A stretch of DNA of 64,000 nt from Candidatus Heimdallarchaeota archaeon (lineage in GTDB: Archaea > Asgardarchaeota > Heimdallarchaeia > Heimdallarchaeales > Heimdallarchaeaceae), in assembly GCA_021399395.1 (NCBI GenBank), contig JAAFKJ010000115.1, positions 28,273 through 92,272 of the forward strand, in the 5' to 3' direction. Each line of letters begins with the position of its first letter. Within the stretch, counting starts at the first letter, position 1. The notes beneath the pieces were generated by a model. It saw only the letters and a program-made list of their open reading frames with translations, was not told the DNA's origin and did not search any database. A program made the position numbers and the translations under genes. Below are positions 49,491 through 58,160 of the stretch, piece after piece.

Positions 49491-49799
49491 ATGTTCCCAA
49501 ACAAAGAGTTGGTTTTAAAAGTTGTGATTTTGATGAATTTTATAGGAACGATATTTATTTTGAAAAATCGTTCTTTTATTTAAGAAAATGACAGTTTCAA
49601 AAGTAAAGAAAACTGATTACAAAGAAGTTATTGTATATGTTTCAGCGATTCCTGTGCCCATTAATGATGCAGTACCATTAGTGATCCTATGGGGTTCTAT
49701 CTTGTTAAAATGGATTTTGACAACTGTAAGTCTATTTGTTCAGAAAGAGAAATAATTTTGGTGTTTTTATATCCAAAATTAGCTTTTTTATGAGTAATA

Positions 49800-50975
49800 T
49801 TGCCCGGTATACTTGAAAAATTACGTATATTGGGAGAAGCTGCTAAATATGACCTTTGCGCATCAACAGCATCACCTCGCGCTCATACTCCGGGTTCAAT
49901 AGGAAAAGCGGTAACAACTGGAGTGTGTCATTCTTTTCTCCCAGATGGTAGGTGTATTAGTTTACTCAAGGTCTTAGCAACAAACAGCTGTATTCATGAT
50001 TGTAAGTATTGTATCAATTCTATAAGAAACAACAAGGATTTCAAACAAACCATTACGTCCTTTGAACCTGACGAATTAGCAAAATTGACAATGGCTTTTT
50101 ATCTCAGAAATTATATTGAAGGATTATTCTTAAGCTCTGGTGTTGGAAAAAGTGCTAATTGTCAAGCTGAGATTATACATGAAACCCTTCATCTTTTGAG
50201 GTATAAATACAATTTTGATGGATATATACATGCTAAAGTTTTACCTGGAATTGGTAAAGATGAACTATTTAGAATAGCAGAACTGGCTGATCGTGTCAGT
50301 TTGAATGTTGAATTACCTAATAAATCCCGTTTTAATGAAACATGCTCAACAAAAGATTATGCCAATGACATAATTAAGGTCTCAAAATTTCTTCCAGAAA
50401 TGAGCAAAACTGGACATATACCTGCTGGATATACGACTCAATATGTCATTGGAGCCGCTGGAGAAACAGATAAAGAAATATTGGAAAGCATTTTCAAGTT
50501 CTATAATGAAGACTGGAATTTTAGAAGGCAATATTATTCCACTTGCTTACCAATTGATGAAACACAAAGAAATCTTCCTAGAAGTTTCTTTTTAAGAGAA
50601 CACCGTTTATATCAAATAGATTGGTTGAGGAGAATTTACAAGTTTTCTCCAGAAGAACTTCTTTCGGTAGTAAATGAAACGGGATTTATTCCTTTGAAAG
50701 TTGATCCAAAGGTAACGATAGCTAGAGAGAACCCTGAATTCTTTCCTGTAGATGTGAATAATGCACTATATGCTGACTTAATGAGAGTACCGGGTATCGG
50801 ACATACCTCTGCAACAAGAATCATTAAACTACGAAACAAAGGTGTAGCGATTTACAAGAATGAACAACTAAAAACAATAGGTGTAGTCTTGAAGAGAGCA
50901 ATTCCATTTCTGAAAATAGGGGAAAAGAAACAACTTACTATGGTGGATTTTCAGAAAACAGAGGAGAGTGATTAA
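49800..50975 (+). CDS. Putative DNA modification/repair radical SAM protein with HhH (TIGR03916-like)
   Basis: 'AAKYD', 'DGRCISLLK', 'CIHDCKYC', 'REHRLYQ.DWL.R.Y', 'RVPGIG'. Confidence 0.9.
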   Translation: MPGILEKLRILGEAAKYDLCASTASPRAHTPGSIGKAVTTGVCHSFLPDGRCISLLKVLATNSCIHDCKYCINSIRNNKDFKQTITSFEPDELAKLTMAFYLRNYIEGLFLSSGVGKSANCQAEIIHETLHLLRYKYNFDGYIHAKVLPGIGKDELFRIAELADRVSLNVELPNKSRFNETCSTKDYANDIIKVSKFLPEMSKTGHIPAGYTTQYVIGAAGETDKEILESIFKFYNEDWNFRRQYYSTCLPIDETQRNLPRSFFLREHRLYQIDWLRRIYKFSPEELLSVVNETGFIPLKVDPKVTIARENPEFFPVDVNNALYADLMRVPGIGHTSATRIIKLRNKGVAIYKNEQLKTIGVVLKRAIPFLKIGEKKQLTMVDFQKTEESD

Positions 50976-51654
50976 TATCTCGTGGTTATGCGATTTATCA
51001 GCTGGAGAATATATTGAAGCTGCTAAACATCATAATTCCTCAACATCTGAATTTATAGAGAAATCTCTTCTTCTTATGAAATCAAAACCTCATGAAATTA
51101 CAACAGGTTGTAGTTCTCTTGGTAAGCTAATTAAGAAAAGAGCTAATCAAGTTTTAAAAGAAATCCATTTCCTATCTGCATTTGTGAGGTTAAAACCTTA
51201 TCCTGAAATGGTACTTGTCGGAAGTTGCAAACCAGAACACAACACGATATACTTTGCAGGAAAATCAATTGCAAAAAGATTTGATCAATTTATAATTATT
51301 CTTTTTGCTTCTCAAAATTTTGCTGTAGTATCAAATAGAAGAGATATTCCAGAATTTCCAGAATTTAGAGGCAGTTCAAGAGAAAAATTGATTGATTCTG
51401 TTAGGAATTTTGCTCGAACAAATCTTGATCAACGACTTCCTGAAGAAATAGTTCTAGAAGAAGGAGATTTTTTGTGGGAGCAATACTATGAAACTCAGTT
51501 CTTGGAACAAAGATTGAATCCTAAACTTTTTCACAAGTTTATACCCAAATATGCTCTAGAAAAAGCAGAAATGAAAATTGAAAGTGATTTTCTTGATAAG
51601 GTTACAAAGAAATCTAAAGGAAAAATCACTTTAGATAGTTTTTTAGAATCTTGA
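50968..51654 (+). CDS. DUF4130 (TIGR03915-like) partner protein
   Basis: 'EIH...FVR', 'PEHN', 'LWEQYY', 'RLNPKL...PK'; overlaps the radical SAM gene. Confidence 0.8.
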   Translation: MINISWLCDLSAGEYIEAAKHHNSSTSEFIEKSLLLMKSKPHEITTGCSSLGKLIKKRANQVLKEIHFLSAFVRLKPYPEMVLVGSCKPEHNTIYFAGKSIAKRFDQFIIILFASQNFAVVSNRRDIPEFPEFRGSSREKLIDSVRNFARTNLDQRLPEEIVLEEGDFLWEQYYETQFLEQRLNPKLFHKFIPKYALEKAEMKIESDFLDKVTKKSKGKITLDSFLES

Positions 51655-51711
51655 AAGTATCAAATTATTCAATGAAAAGAAAAGTTCAAAAGATGTTTGT
51701 AATATTGGTAA

Positions 51712-52149
51712 TTGATTATTATGTCGTCTTTTGGAATTCATCAAATTGGTGCAGTGAGAATTGAGAAGGAAGCTTGTTATATTGAAATTTATCAAACCTA
51801 TACTCCAGGATTAAGACACATTGAGAATTTCAGCCATGTTTATGTGTTGTGGTGGATATCAATGAGAGATAATCCTAAGGACAGATCAAACATGCTAGCA
51901 ACACCCCCTAGATTGACAAAACCTGTTGAAACTGGAGTCTTTTCATCTCGAAGTCCTGCTAGACCAAATCCGATAGGTCTTACTAAGGTTAAATTATTGA
52001 AAGTGGAGAATAATAGATTGTACATTGATAGAATTGATGCTATTGATGGTACACCAGTATTGGATGTTAAACCATATTTGCCTGGGGATAGTATACCCGT
52101 GGATGAAATTAAACTCCCAGAATGGTTTGAACACCTGAAAAACAAATAA
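51712..52149 (+). CDS. tsaA: tRNA m6t6A37 methyltransferase TrmO/TsaA
   Basis: 'GVFSSRSPARPNPIGL', 'DAIDGTPVLDVKPY'. Confidence 0.92.
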   Translation: MIIMSSFGIHQIGAVRIEKEACYIEIYQTYTPGLRHIENFSHVYVLWWISMRDNPKDRSNMLATPPRLTKPVETGVFSSRSPARPNPIGLTKVKLLKVENNRLYIDRIDAIDGTPVLDVKPYLPGDSIPVDEIKLPEWFEHLKNK

Positions 52150-52229
52150 TTTAACTTCAATTTTTTCACATCTTTCTTTTTAAAATTTTTTGAGTTTTTA
52201 TATTGGGATGAAGGTATCTTTCTGATATT

Positions 52230-53123
52230 ATGGTCAAGAAAGCTCATTATTCGAACAAAGCATTTGTTGACGAAGGTAAAGTTATTATTGTAACTGGAGC
52301 TTCCTCAGGAATTGGCAGGGCAGTTTGTTTGGCTTTAGCAAAATATCATCCTAAACTAGTGATAATAGCACGTAGAAAAAAAAGATTATTACAAACTGCA
52401 AATCTTCTGAAGAGAGAAAAAATCGAGGTTATTCCAATAGTGGGTGATGTGAGGAATAGAGAAGATAGAGAAAAATTCATTGATTTTACTATGAAAAGCT
52501 TTGGAAGAATTGATGTATTAATAAATAATGCGGGGTTAGGGAAAGCCAATTTATTCATTGAACAACCTGAAGAGGAAATTGATCAGTTAATAGAAACGAA
52601 CGTTCTTTCACTCATAAAGATGACCAAACAAGTTCTCCCAATAATGAAAAAGCAAGAATCTGGTTTGATTATTAATATGTCTTCATCACTTGCACTGTTA
52701 CCCGTATATCCTTTTGCAGTTTATTGTGCAACAAAATCAGCTGTAAAAGTCTTCAGTGATAGTATAAGACAAGAATTCAAAGATTATGGGATTTTAGTTT
52801 CCACAGTTATGCCAGGACCATATAATACTGAATTCAACGAAGTTGCAGGTTTAAATGGAGCAGCTATTCCGGGGTACACCGTAGAAAATCTTGCTGATGC
52901 AGTAGCAAAACTAATAGTTAAACCGAAGAAGAATCTAATAAGACCAAAATCATATGTTCTACTAATTTGGTTTACAAAGAAATTTGAATCAGTTAAGAAT
53001 TTAATAACATTAAAAATTGCTCAAATGATAGATAAAGGAAGAATAGAAAAACCAGATAAACTCAAAGACACAAGTATGAGCCCTGAAGAAACTATAGAGT
53101 TACTGGTTCATGAAAGAAGGTAG
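52230..53123 (+). CDS. Short-chain dehydrogenase/reductase
   Basis: 'TGASSGIG', 'NNAG', 'YCATK'. Confidence 0.93.
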   Translation: MVKKAHYSNKAFVDEGKVIIVTGASSGIGRAVCLALAKYHPKLVIIARRKKRLLQTANLLKREKIEVIPIVGDVRNREDREKFIDFTMKSFGRIDVLINNAGLGKANLFIEQPEEEIDQLIETNVLSLIKMTKQVLPIMKKQESGLIINMSSSLALLPVYPFAVYCATKSAVKVFSDSIRQEFKDYGILVSTVMPGPYNTEFNEVAGLNGAAIPGYTVENLADAVAKLIVKPKKNLIRPKSYVLLIWFTKKFESVKNLITLKIAQMIDKGRIEKPDKLKDTSMSPEETIELLVHERR

Positions 53124-53125
53124 GA

Positions 53126-54991
53126 TTAAGCAGTAACAAAATACTTGCCTTCTGATTTTTGTCTCTTATCCAACTGTGAATCTCGTTTGTTAACTCTTGG
53201 GCGTAGGGTTCTTGGATCCTGCCTAAAGGTTATATTCATTTTCTTCAGAAAATCATTCATACCGTTTTGTAGTGATCCAATCCTTCTTGCTCTTCCTAGT
53301 TCTCCAGGTTTGCCATCAAACACCATAATTCTATCAGAAGTAAAATTGAGCATCATTACATCATGTTCTACTACAATAGCTGGAAACTCATAATGAGAAA
53401 CTACTCTTTTTATGACTTTAGCTACGTTTACTCTATCTTCTGATGATATATATGCTGAAGGTTCATCAAGCAGATACAGATGTGCTTTTCTCCCTAAACA
53501 TGCTGCGATTGAAACTTTTTGTAATTCTCCTCCAGATAAATCACATAACTTTGAGTCTAGTAGTTTTGTAAATCTAAGAGGTTCAATAATTTCTGACTTA
53601 TGCCAACCACTACTCAACATTACTGGATTTATCTCTCTCAAATATTCAGTAACGGTTTGTTCCGATTCTGTGTAAAGATATTGAGGTTTGTGACTAACAA
53701 TCAACCTCTCTGTTATTTTTTCATCTTTCTGTACACTTTCTGGATTTTCTCTTAATATTTCTTGTTTACTCATCTGAGCCAGAACTTCTGTTTCTTGTGA
53801 TATCGATGTAGGTTCTAATACTCCAGCTAGCATTTTTACGAAAGTTGTTTTTCCAATACCATTTGGACCTATAATGCCAACAACTTCCCCCTTGTAGAGT
53901 TCTCCTCCTTTAACGGCTAATTCAAAAGATTCAAATTCTTTAGTCATATCACCATATCGTAAAGCTAATCTAAACGAAGTATATTTGTCTTCCATAATAA
54001 CTTTTTTGAAAATTATCGGCTCAGGTCGGAAACGCATATTTTCCGAAGGAATATAACCATCTAGAAATATATTAATTCCTTCTCTGACAGAATATGGGTG
54101 ACTAACTATCCCGTATACACCAGCATCCCCATAAAACATATGTACGTGGTCACTTAAGTAATCAAGCATTGCAAGATCGTGCTCAACAACAATAATTGTC
54201 TGTTTTGGGGATTTCATTTCATTAATGTATTGAGCAATTTTGACTCTTTCTTGAACATCTAAATAAGAAGTAGGTTCATCAAATAAATAGACATCAGCTT
54301 CTCTGACAATGGTAGCTGCAATAGCTAACCTCTGAAGCTCCCCCCCACTTAATTTGCTAATCTCTCTCTCCCAAACTGTTGAAAGCGAAAATACATCCTT
54401 AATTTCGTTCTTAATACCTTTCTCGTCGACTTTTCCAATTACTTCCGACACATTACCCTTTATGACTCGCGGTAACTTATCTACGTTTTGTGGTTTTAGA
54501 ATTATTTTCAATTCCTCATTAGCTAACCTCTCAAAATAGCTTTGAATCTCTGTTCCTCTGTAATTTTCTATTATCTCATCCCAATCAGGTGGATTATCGA
54601 ATCTGCCAAGATTAGGTTTAAGATTTCCTTGAAGAATATTTAATGTAGTACTTTTGCCTGAACCATTTTGTCCAACAAGTCCTGTTACTTGCCCCAATTT
54701 TGGCATTGGTAATCTGTGTAACTTAAATCCATTTACACTATACCTGTGGGTTACTTCTTTGTCTAGTTCTTCGGGGAGATTTACAACGGTAATACAATGA
54801 AAAGGACATTTCTTAACACATATAGCTACTCCTGAACAAAGAGATTCGTGAATTACTGCTTTATTTGATGGAGGATCAAATGAAATTGTTTCTCTTCCTG
54901 CCCTTACTGAAGGACAAACTTTGTAGCACAATTTTCCACATTTGTCTGGTCTGCATTTTTCTTGGTTTATTACCGCTACTCGAGTCATCAA
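53126..54991 (-). CDS. abce1: Ribosome recycling ATPase ABCE1/Rli1
   Basis: N-terminal FeS domain, two NBDs ('GSGKST', 'GIGKTT', 'LSGGELQ'), 'RPRVNK..SQLD'. Confidence 0.97.
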   Translation of the reverse strand: MMTRVAVINQEKCRPDKCGKLCYKVCPSVRAGRETISFDPPSNKAVIHESLCSGVAICVKKCPFHCITVVNLPEELDKEVTHRYSVNGFKLHRLPMPKLGQVTGLVGQNGSGKSTTLNILQGNLKPNLGRFDNPPDWDEIIENYRGTEIQSYFERLANEELKIILKPQNVDKLPRVIKGNVSEVIGKVDEKGIKNEIKDVFSLSTVWEREISKLSGGELQRLAIAATIVREADVYLFDEPTSYLDVQERVKIAQYINEMKSPKQTIIVVEHDLAMLDYLSDHVHMFYGDAGVYGIVSHPYSVREGINIFLDGYIPSENMRFRPEPIIFKKVIMEDKYTSFRLALRYGDMTKEFESFELAVKGGELYKGEVVGIIGPNGIGKTTFVKMLAGVLEPTSISQETEVLAQMSKQEILRENPESVQKDEKITERLIVSHKPQYLYTESEQTVTEYLREINPVMLSSGWHKSEIIEPLRFTKLLDSKLCDLSGGELQKVSIAACLGRKAHLYLLDEPSAYISSEDRVNVAKVIKRVVSHYEFPAIVVEHDVMMLNFTSDRIMVFDGKPGELGRARRIGSLQNGMNDFLKKMNITFRQDPRTLRPRVNKRDSQLDKRQKSEGKYFVTA

Positions 54992-55106
54992 CTAAAGGCA
55001 GATTGATTTATTTAAAAATCTAGAGATGGGATAGAAGATGTTCATTAAAAAGCGAATGTATAAATAAGTTGTTGTGAAATAGAATACCGTAAGGAGTAAA
55101 TTTAGT

Positions 55107-55763
55107 ATGCCTGTTCCAGATGATATCCTAGCAAAAGAATATAGTCTTGTTATGGAGAGAGCATATGCTTTTGAACCCATAGAAGGAGACTTAACAAGAT
55201 GGAAGGGTGTTGTACCTGCAATAACAGATGACGGAGAAATATTCATAGAAGTTCTTATTGTGCTTCCAAGTGATTTTCCATCATCCCCACCAGTAGTACG
55301 TATTCTAAGTCCAGTTACCCATCCAAATTTAACTCAAGATAAAGTATTAGAAATGCGAATGTTAGCTAGGTGGAGATCAAGTTATCATCTTTTCCAAATA
55401 ATAGTTGAAATGATTAGACTCTTCTCCAAAGTGCCTGCTCGATCAATAGATGAACAACCACAAAGGATTGATCCTGTAGTTCATTTAAATCCTATAAAAG
55501 CACAAGAAGAACAATTGTCACTGATTCTTGAACAGAAGAAGAAAACACTTGTGGAAATAAAATCTAAAAGAACAACTGATCTTTCAAGAAGAGCTTTGCA
55601 ACAAGAAAAGAAAATACATCTTGAAGATGAGGTTCTTGGTGTGGAAAATGAGCTTTTTGCTATTGAGCAACAATTTGAGGATTATGAGATCCCAAGCCAT
55701 GAGTTTGCTAAAAAATATTTTAATTTGAAGAAAAGATTGTATCTTCTAGAAGCAAGATCGTAA
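55107..55763 (+). CDS. UEV-Vps23/TSG101-like ESCRT-I protein
   Basis: E2 fold 'FPSSPP..HPNL' without the catalytic Cys, then coiled coil and steadiness-box-like 'EFAKKYFNLKKRLY'. Confidence 0.75.
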   Translation: MPVPDDILAKEYSLVMERAYAFEPIEGDLTRWKGVVPAITDDGEIFIEVLIVLPSDFPSSPPVVRILSPVTHPNLTQDKVLEMRMLARWRSSYHLFQIIVEMIRLFSKVPARSIDEQPQRIDPVVHLNPIKAQEEQLSLILEQKKKTLVEIKSKRTTDLSRRALQQEKKIHLEDEVLGVENELFAIEQQFEDYEIPSHEFAKKYFNLKKRLYLLEARS

Positions 55764-56096
55764 TTATACCTCTTCTTCTATTATTTCAGTTTCTTTTTTC
55801 CCATCATTTCTCATGAGTCTCTTAGTAAGGAAGTACCATGCTGTTAACCACATTCCAACTAAAAGAAGACTCAAACCAACTTTTAACCCTGCAAACAAAA
55901 AATTCAAACCAGGGAGGGTCGATGAAGGTATTAACATAATCCCCTCACTTATTACTGCACAAATTCCTACGAAAGTTGCAAAAATGAAGGTTTCAAGGCC
56001 AATAATCTTCCACAATCTTGGTATCAGCTGGAAATATTTCACTATACTGTCTCCAATGCTTTTAAAGAACTTAGAAGTTGATTCTAGAACACTCAT
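55764..56096 (-). CDS. Small membrane protein (2 TM)
   Basis: Two hydrophobic segments; overlaps the stop of the upstream gene. Confidence 0.6.
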   Translation of the reverse strand: MSVLESTSKFFKSIGDSIVKYFQLIPRLWKIIGLETFIFATFVGICAVISEGIMLIPSSTLPGLNFLFAGLKVGLSLLLVGMWLTAWYFLTKRLMRNDGKKETEIIEEEV

Positions 56097-57148
56097 AATA
56101 TTCCCTCCATTGTTAATCTGATTAGAACTGCAGTAAGAAGAGCAAAAACCCCACTAACTAAAGTAAGGATGTTGAAAGTTTTAGCTATGTTTTTCTCATG
56201 AAGTGGACCCTTTTGAATAACTAATCCTACTAAAGTGATGGGTGCTTTTGGATTGCCTGTCGATTCAATTTTCCAATCATCAGTCATCTTTGTAGGTCTT
56301 GCCATCTCTCCCCTTTCAAACAAACCTTTGACACTGCTAATTATCCCAAAAGCATTCATGATGAAGGGTATCATAGCTATGATTATTACAACTTCCAATC
56401 TACCTAAAATAGCAATTATACCTAGTGCTGCACCTACTGTAAGACTTCCAGTATCTCCTGCAAAAACCTTTGCTGGGTATTTGTTGAATATCCAAAAAAT
56501 CAGAAGCGTACCAATCATCATTAAGATAAGAACATAAGTCAGATCCAGAGTCTGAAAATTCAATTCAAATATAATCAAATTGGCAAAGAAAGCGAATGTT
56601 AAAACTATCATTGAGGTGGTAGCCATAGTTCCGTTGAAAACATCCAACATATTAACAGAATTTGAAGTGACTGTTATAACAAACGGAAGTAGTATCCAAT
56701 ATACTATTGTCAATCTTGTTTGACCTACAAATGGCAATAGAGGTTCAGGAACAAAAATGCCGGTTACAATTAGACCAGAAACAATGATTGGAATTGCAGC
56801 AATTAGAAGTAATAGAGGTTTTAACATTCCACTTAATCGAAATAGATCATCAATTATTCCTATTATACCTGCTATTAAGAGGGTTAAGCAGAATATTCCT
56901 AAAGTCAACTTCTCTTGAGGATTATCTACTAAGAAAATTAGTATAATTGATGTAATAATAACAGACAAAAGTATTATGGTGCCTCCCATTTCAGCAACTT
57001 TTGGTTGCTCCTTTTTATGAATATCAATTCCGTATTTTCCTTTCTTATGCATAAAGCGTATAAGAAGTGGTAATCCTACTAATGATAATATCATAGGAAT
57101 AAAAAATGATAGAATGTAAAAAACACTGTTGGGAATTATAGCAGCCAT
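56093..57148 (-). CDS. UDP-GlcNAc:dolichyl-phosphate GlcNAc-1-P transferase (AglH/Alg7, MraY family)
   Basis: 'DIHK..VAEMGG', 'GIIDD', 'NSVNMLDVFNG', 'KYPAKVFAGDTG'. Confidence 0.9.
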   Translation of the reverse strand: MAAIIPNSVFYILSFFIPMILSLVGLPLLIRFMHKKGKYGIDIHKKEQPKVAEMGGTIILLSVIITSIILIFLVDNPQEKLTLGIFCLTLLIAGIIGIIDDLFRLSGMLKPLLLLIAAIPIIVSGLIVTGIFVPEPLLPFVGQTRLTIVYWILLPFVITVTSNSVNMLDVFNGTMATTSMIVLTFAFFANLIIFELNFQTLDLTYVLILMMIGTLLIFWIFNKYPAKVFAGDTGSLTVGAALGIIAILGRLEVVIIIAMIPFIMNAFGIISSVKGLFERGEMARPTKMTDDWKIESTGNPKAPITLVGLVIQKGPLHEKNIAKTFNILTLVSGVFALLTAVLIRLTMEGIL

Positions 57149-57192
57149 TAGTCAAATCTTCGAGTAGTCTATTTGAAATTTATTGTCGAAGA

Positions 57193-58071
57193 TTAAAGGT
57201 CTTCCAGTTTTTTCAAAGCCTTAAGTAATTCCGCTTTGTCCCCACTTACTGCCTCACCAAATAATTCAGCAGATTTCTTCTCCTCTGGTGCAGCTACTGC
57301 TTCAGGATCAGTTTTTAGTACTTGAGGTTGAAATGTATCGGTTGTAGGAATAGCTTCTTCTTGTTTTGGTGGTGCGGGTATTGCGCCTGAAACCTCTTTT
57401 GATATTGGACTTACATCTCGCTCTCCAGTGTCTGTCACTTGTGAAGCAGGTTTAGGAATAACTGAAGGTGTAGGTATCTCTGTAGGAGCTTTCGGAACAG
57501 GTTCTACAATTGGTTTTGGTGTAGGTTCTGGTGTAAATGCTGGTTCTGGATCTGAGATTCTTGTCGCAGGTGGTGGTGTAGGGGTAGGTATTAATGGAGC
57601 TTCGATAGTAGGTGGAACAGGTTCTTCTACAACAGGTTTTGTCTCGGGTTCAGGAGTTACAATCTCTGGTGTTGGTGGTGGTGATGCTGGAGCTTCTGGC
57701 ATTTTTACAATTTCAGGTTGTGTTTCCTTAACTGCTACATCCTTGAAAGCTTGAACTTCTGTGGGTTCAACTACAGCTTCTTTGTGTACGCTTCTTGCAG
57801 CTTCAATCAAAAGAATTCTTTCGTTCAAACTATCTAATCGTTTTTCAAGTTTAGTTATTTGTTCAAAAGAGCCTGGGGTGGATGCTTGCGTACTAGGTTG
57901 AGCTATACTTGGTGCTCCTCCATCCTCCAAATTTTGAATTCTTTCTTTTAGTGATACAACTACTTCATCATAATCTTTGAATCTTTCTTGTACAGCTGCA
58001 ACTATGCTTTCAACCATGTTTTTAATCATGTTGACAGAATTCACTAGAGATTTTACTTCATCCTTTGTCAT
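57193..58071 (-). CDS. Coiled-coil + proline-rich disordered protein with C-terminal amphipathic helix
   Basis: Two short coiled coils, P/E/T-rich linker, ends 'DKAELLKALKKLEDL'. Confidence 0.75.
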   Translation of the reverse strand: MTKDEVKSLVNSVNMIKNMVESIVAAVQERFKDYDEVVVSLKERIQNLEDGGAPSIAQPSTQASTPGSFEQITKLEKRLDSLNERILLIEAARSVHKEAVVEPTEVQAFKDVAVKETQPEIVKMPEAPASPPPTPEIVTPEPETKPVVEEPVPPTIEAPLIPTPTPPPATRISDPEPAFTPEPTPKPIVEPVPKAPTEIPTPSVIPKPASQVTDTGERDVSPISKEVSGAIPAPPKQEEAIPTTDTFQPQVLKTDPEAVAAPEEKKSAELFGEAVSGDKAELLKALKKLEDL

Positions 58072-58160
58072 CTTAAATCTACTTGTTACTATATCATTTA
58101 TTTATATAAAACCATTGCTAAAGGCTAGGATTTCGCTATACAGACTTTAGCAGAATAGGT

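Noticed and set aside
49640-49700. Possible third C/D sRNA (ATGATG...GTGA)
   Set aside because: Boxes incomplete, no terminal stem and no recognisable guide complementarity.
57428-57754. Gly-rich + strand ORF and the other short ORFs antisense to long genes
   Set aside because: Shadows of the real genes (Pro codons read as Gly on the reverse strand); no independent motifs.
58116-58152. Hairpin TGCTAAAG...CTTTAGCA after the M28 peptidase as a SECIS element
   Set aside because: No in-frame UGA-interrupted gene nearby and no SECIS core; more likely a terminator-type hairpin.
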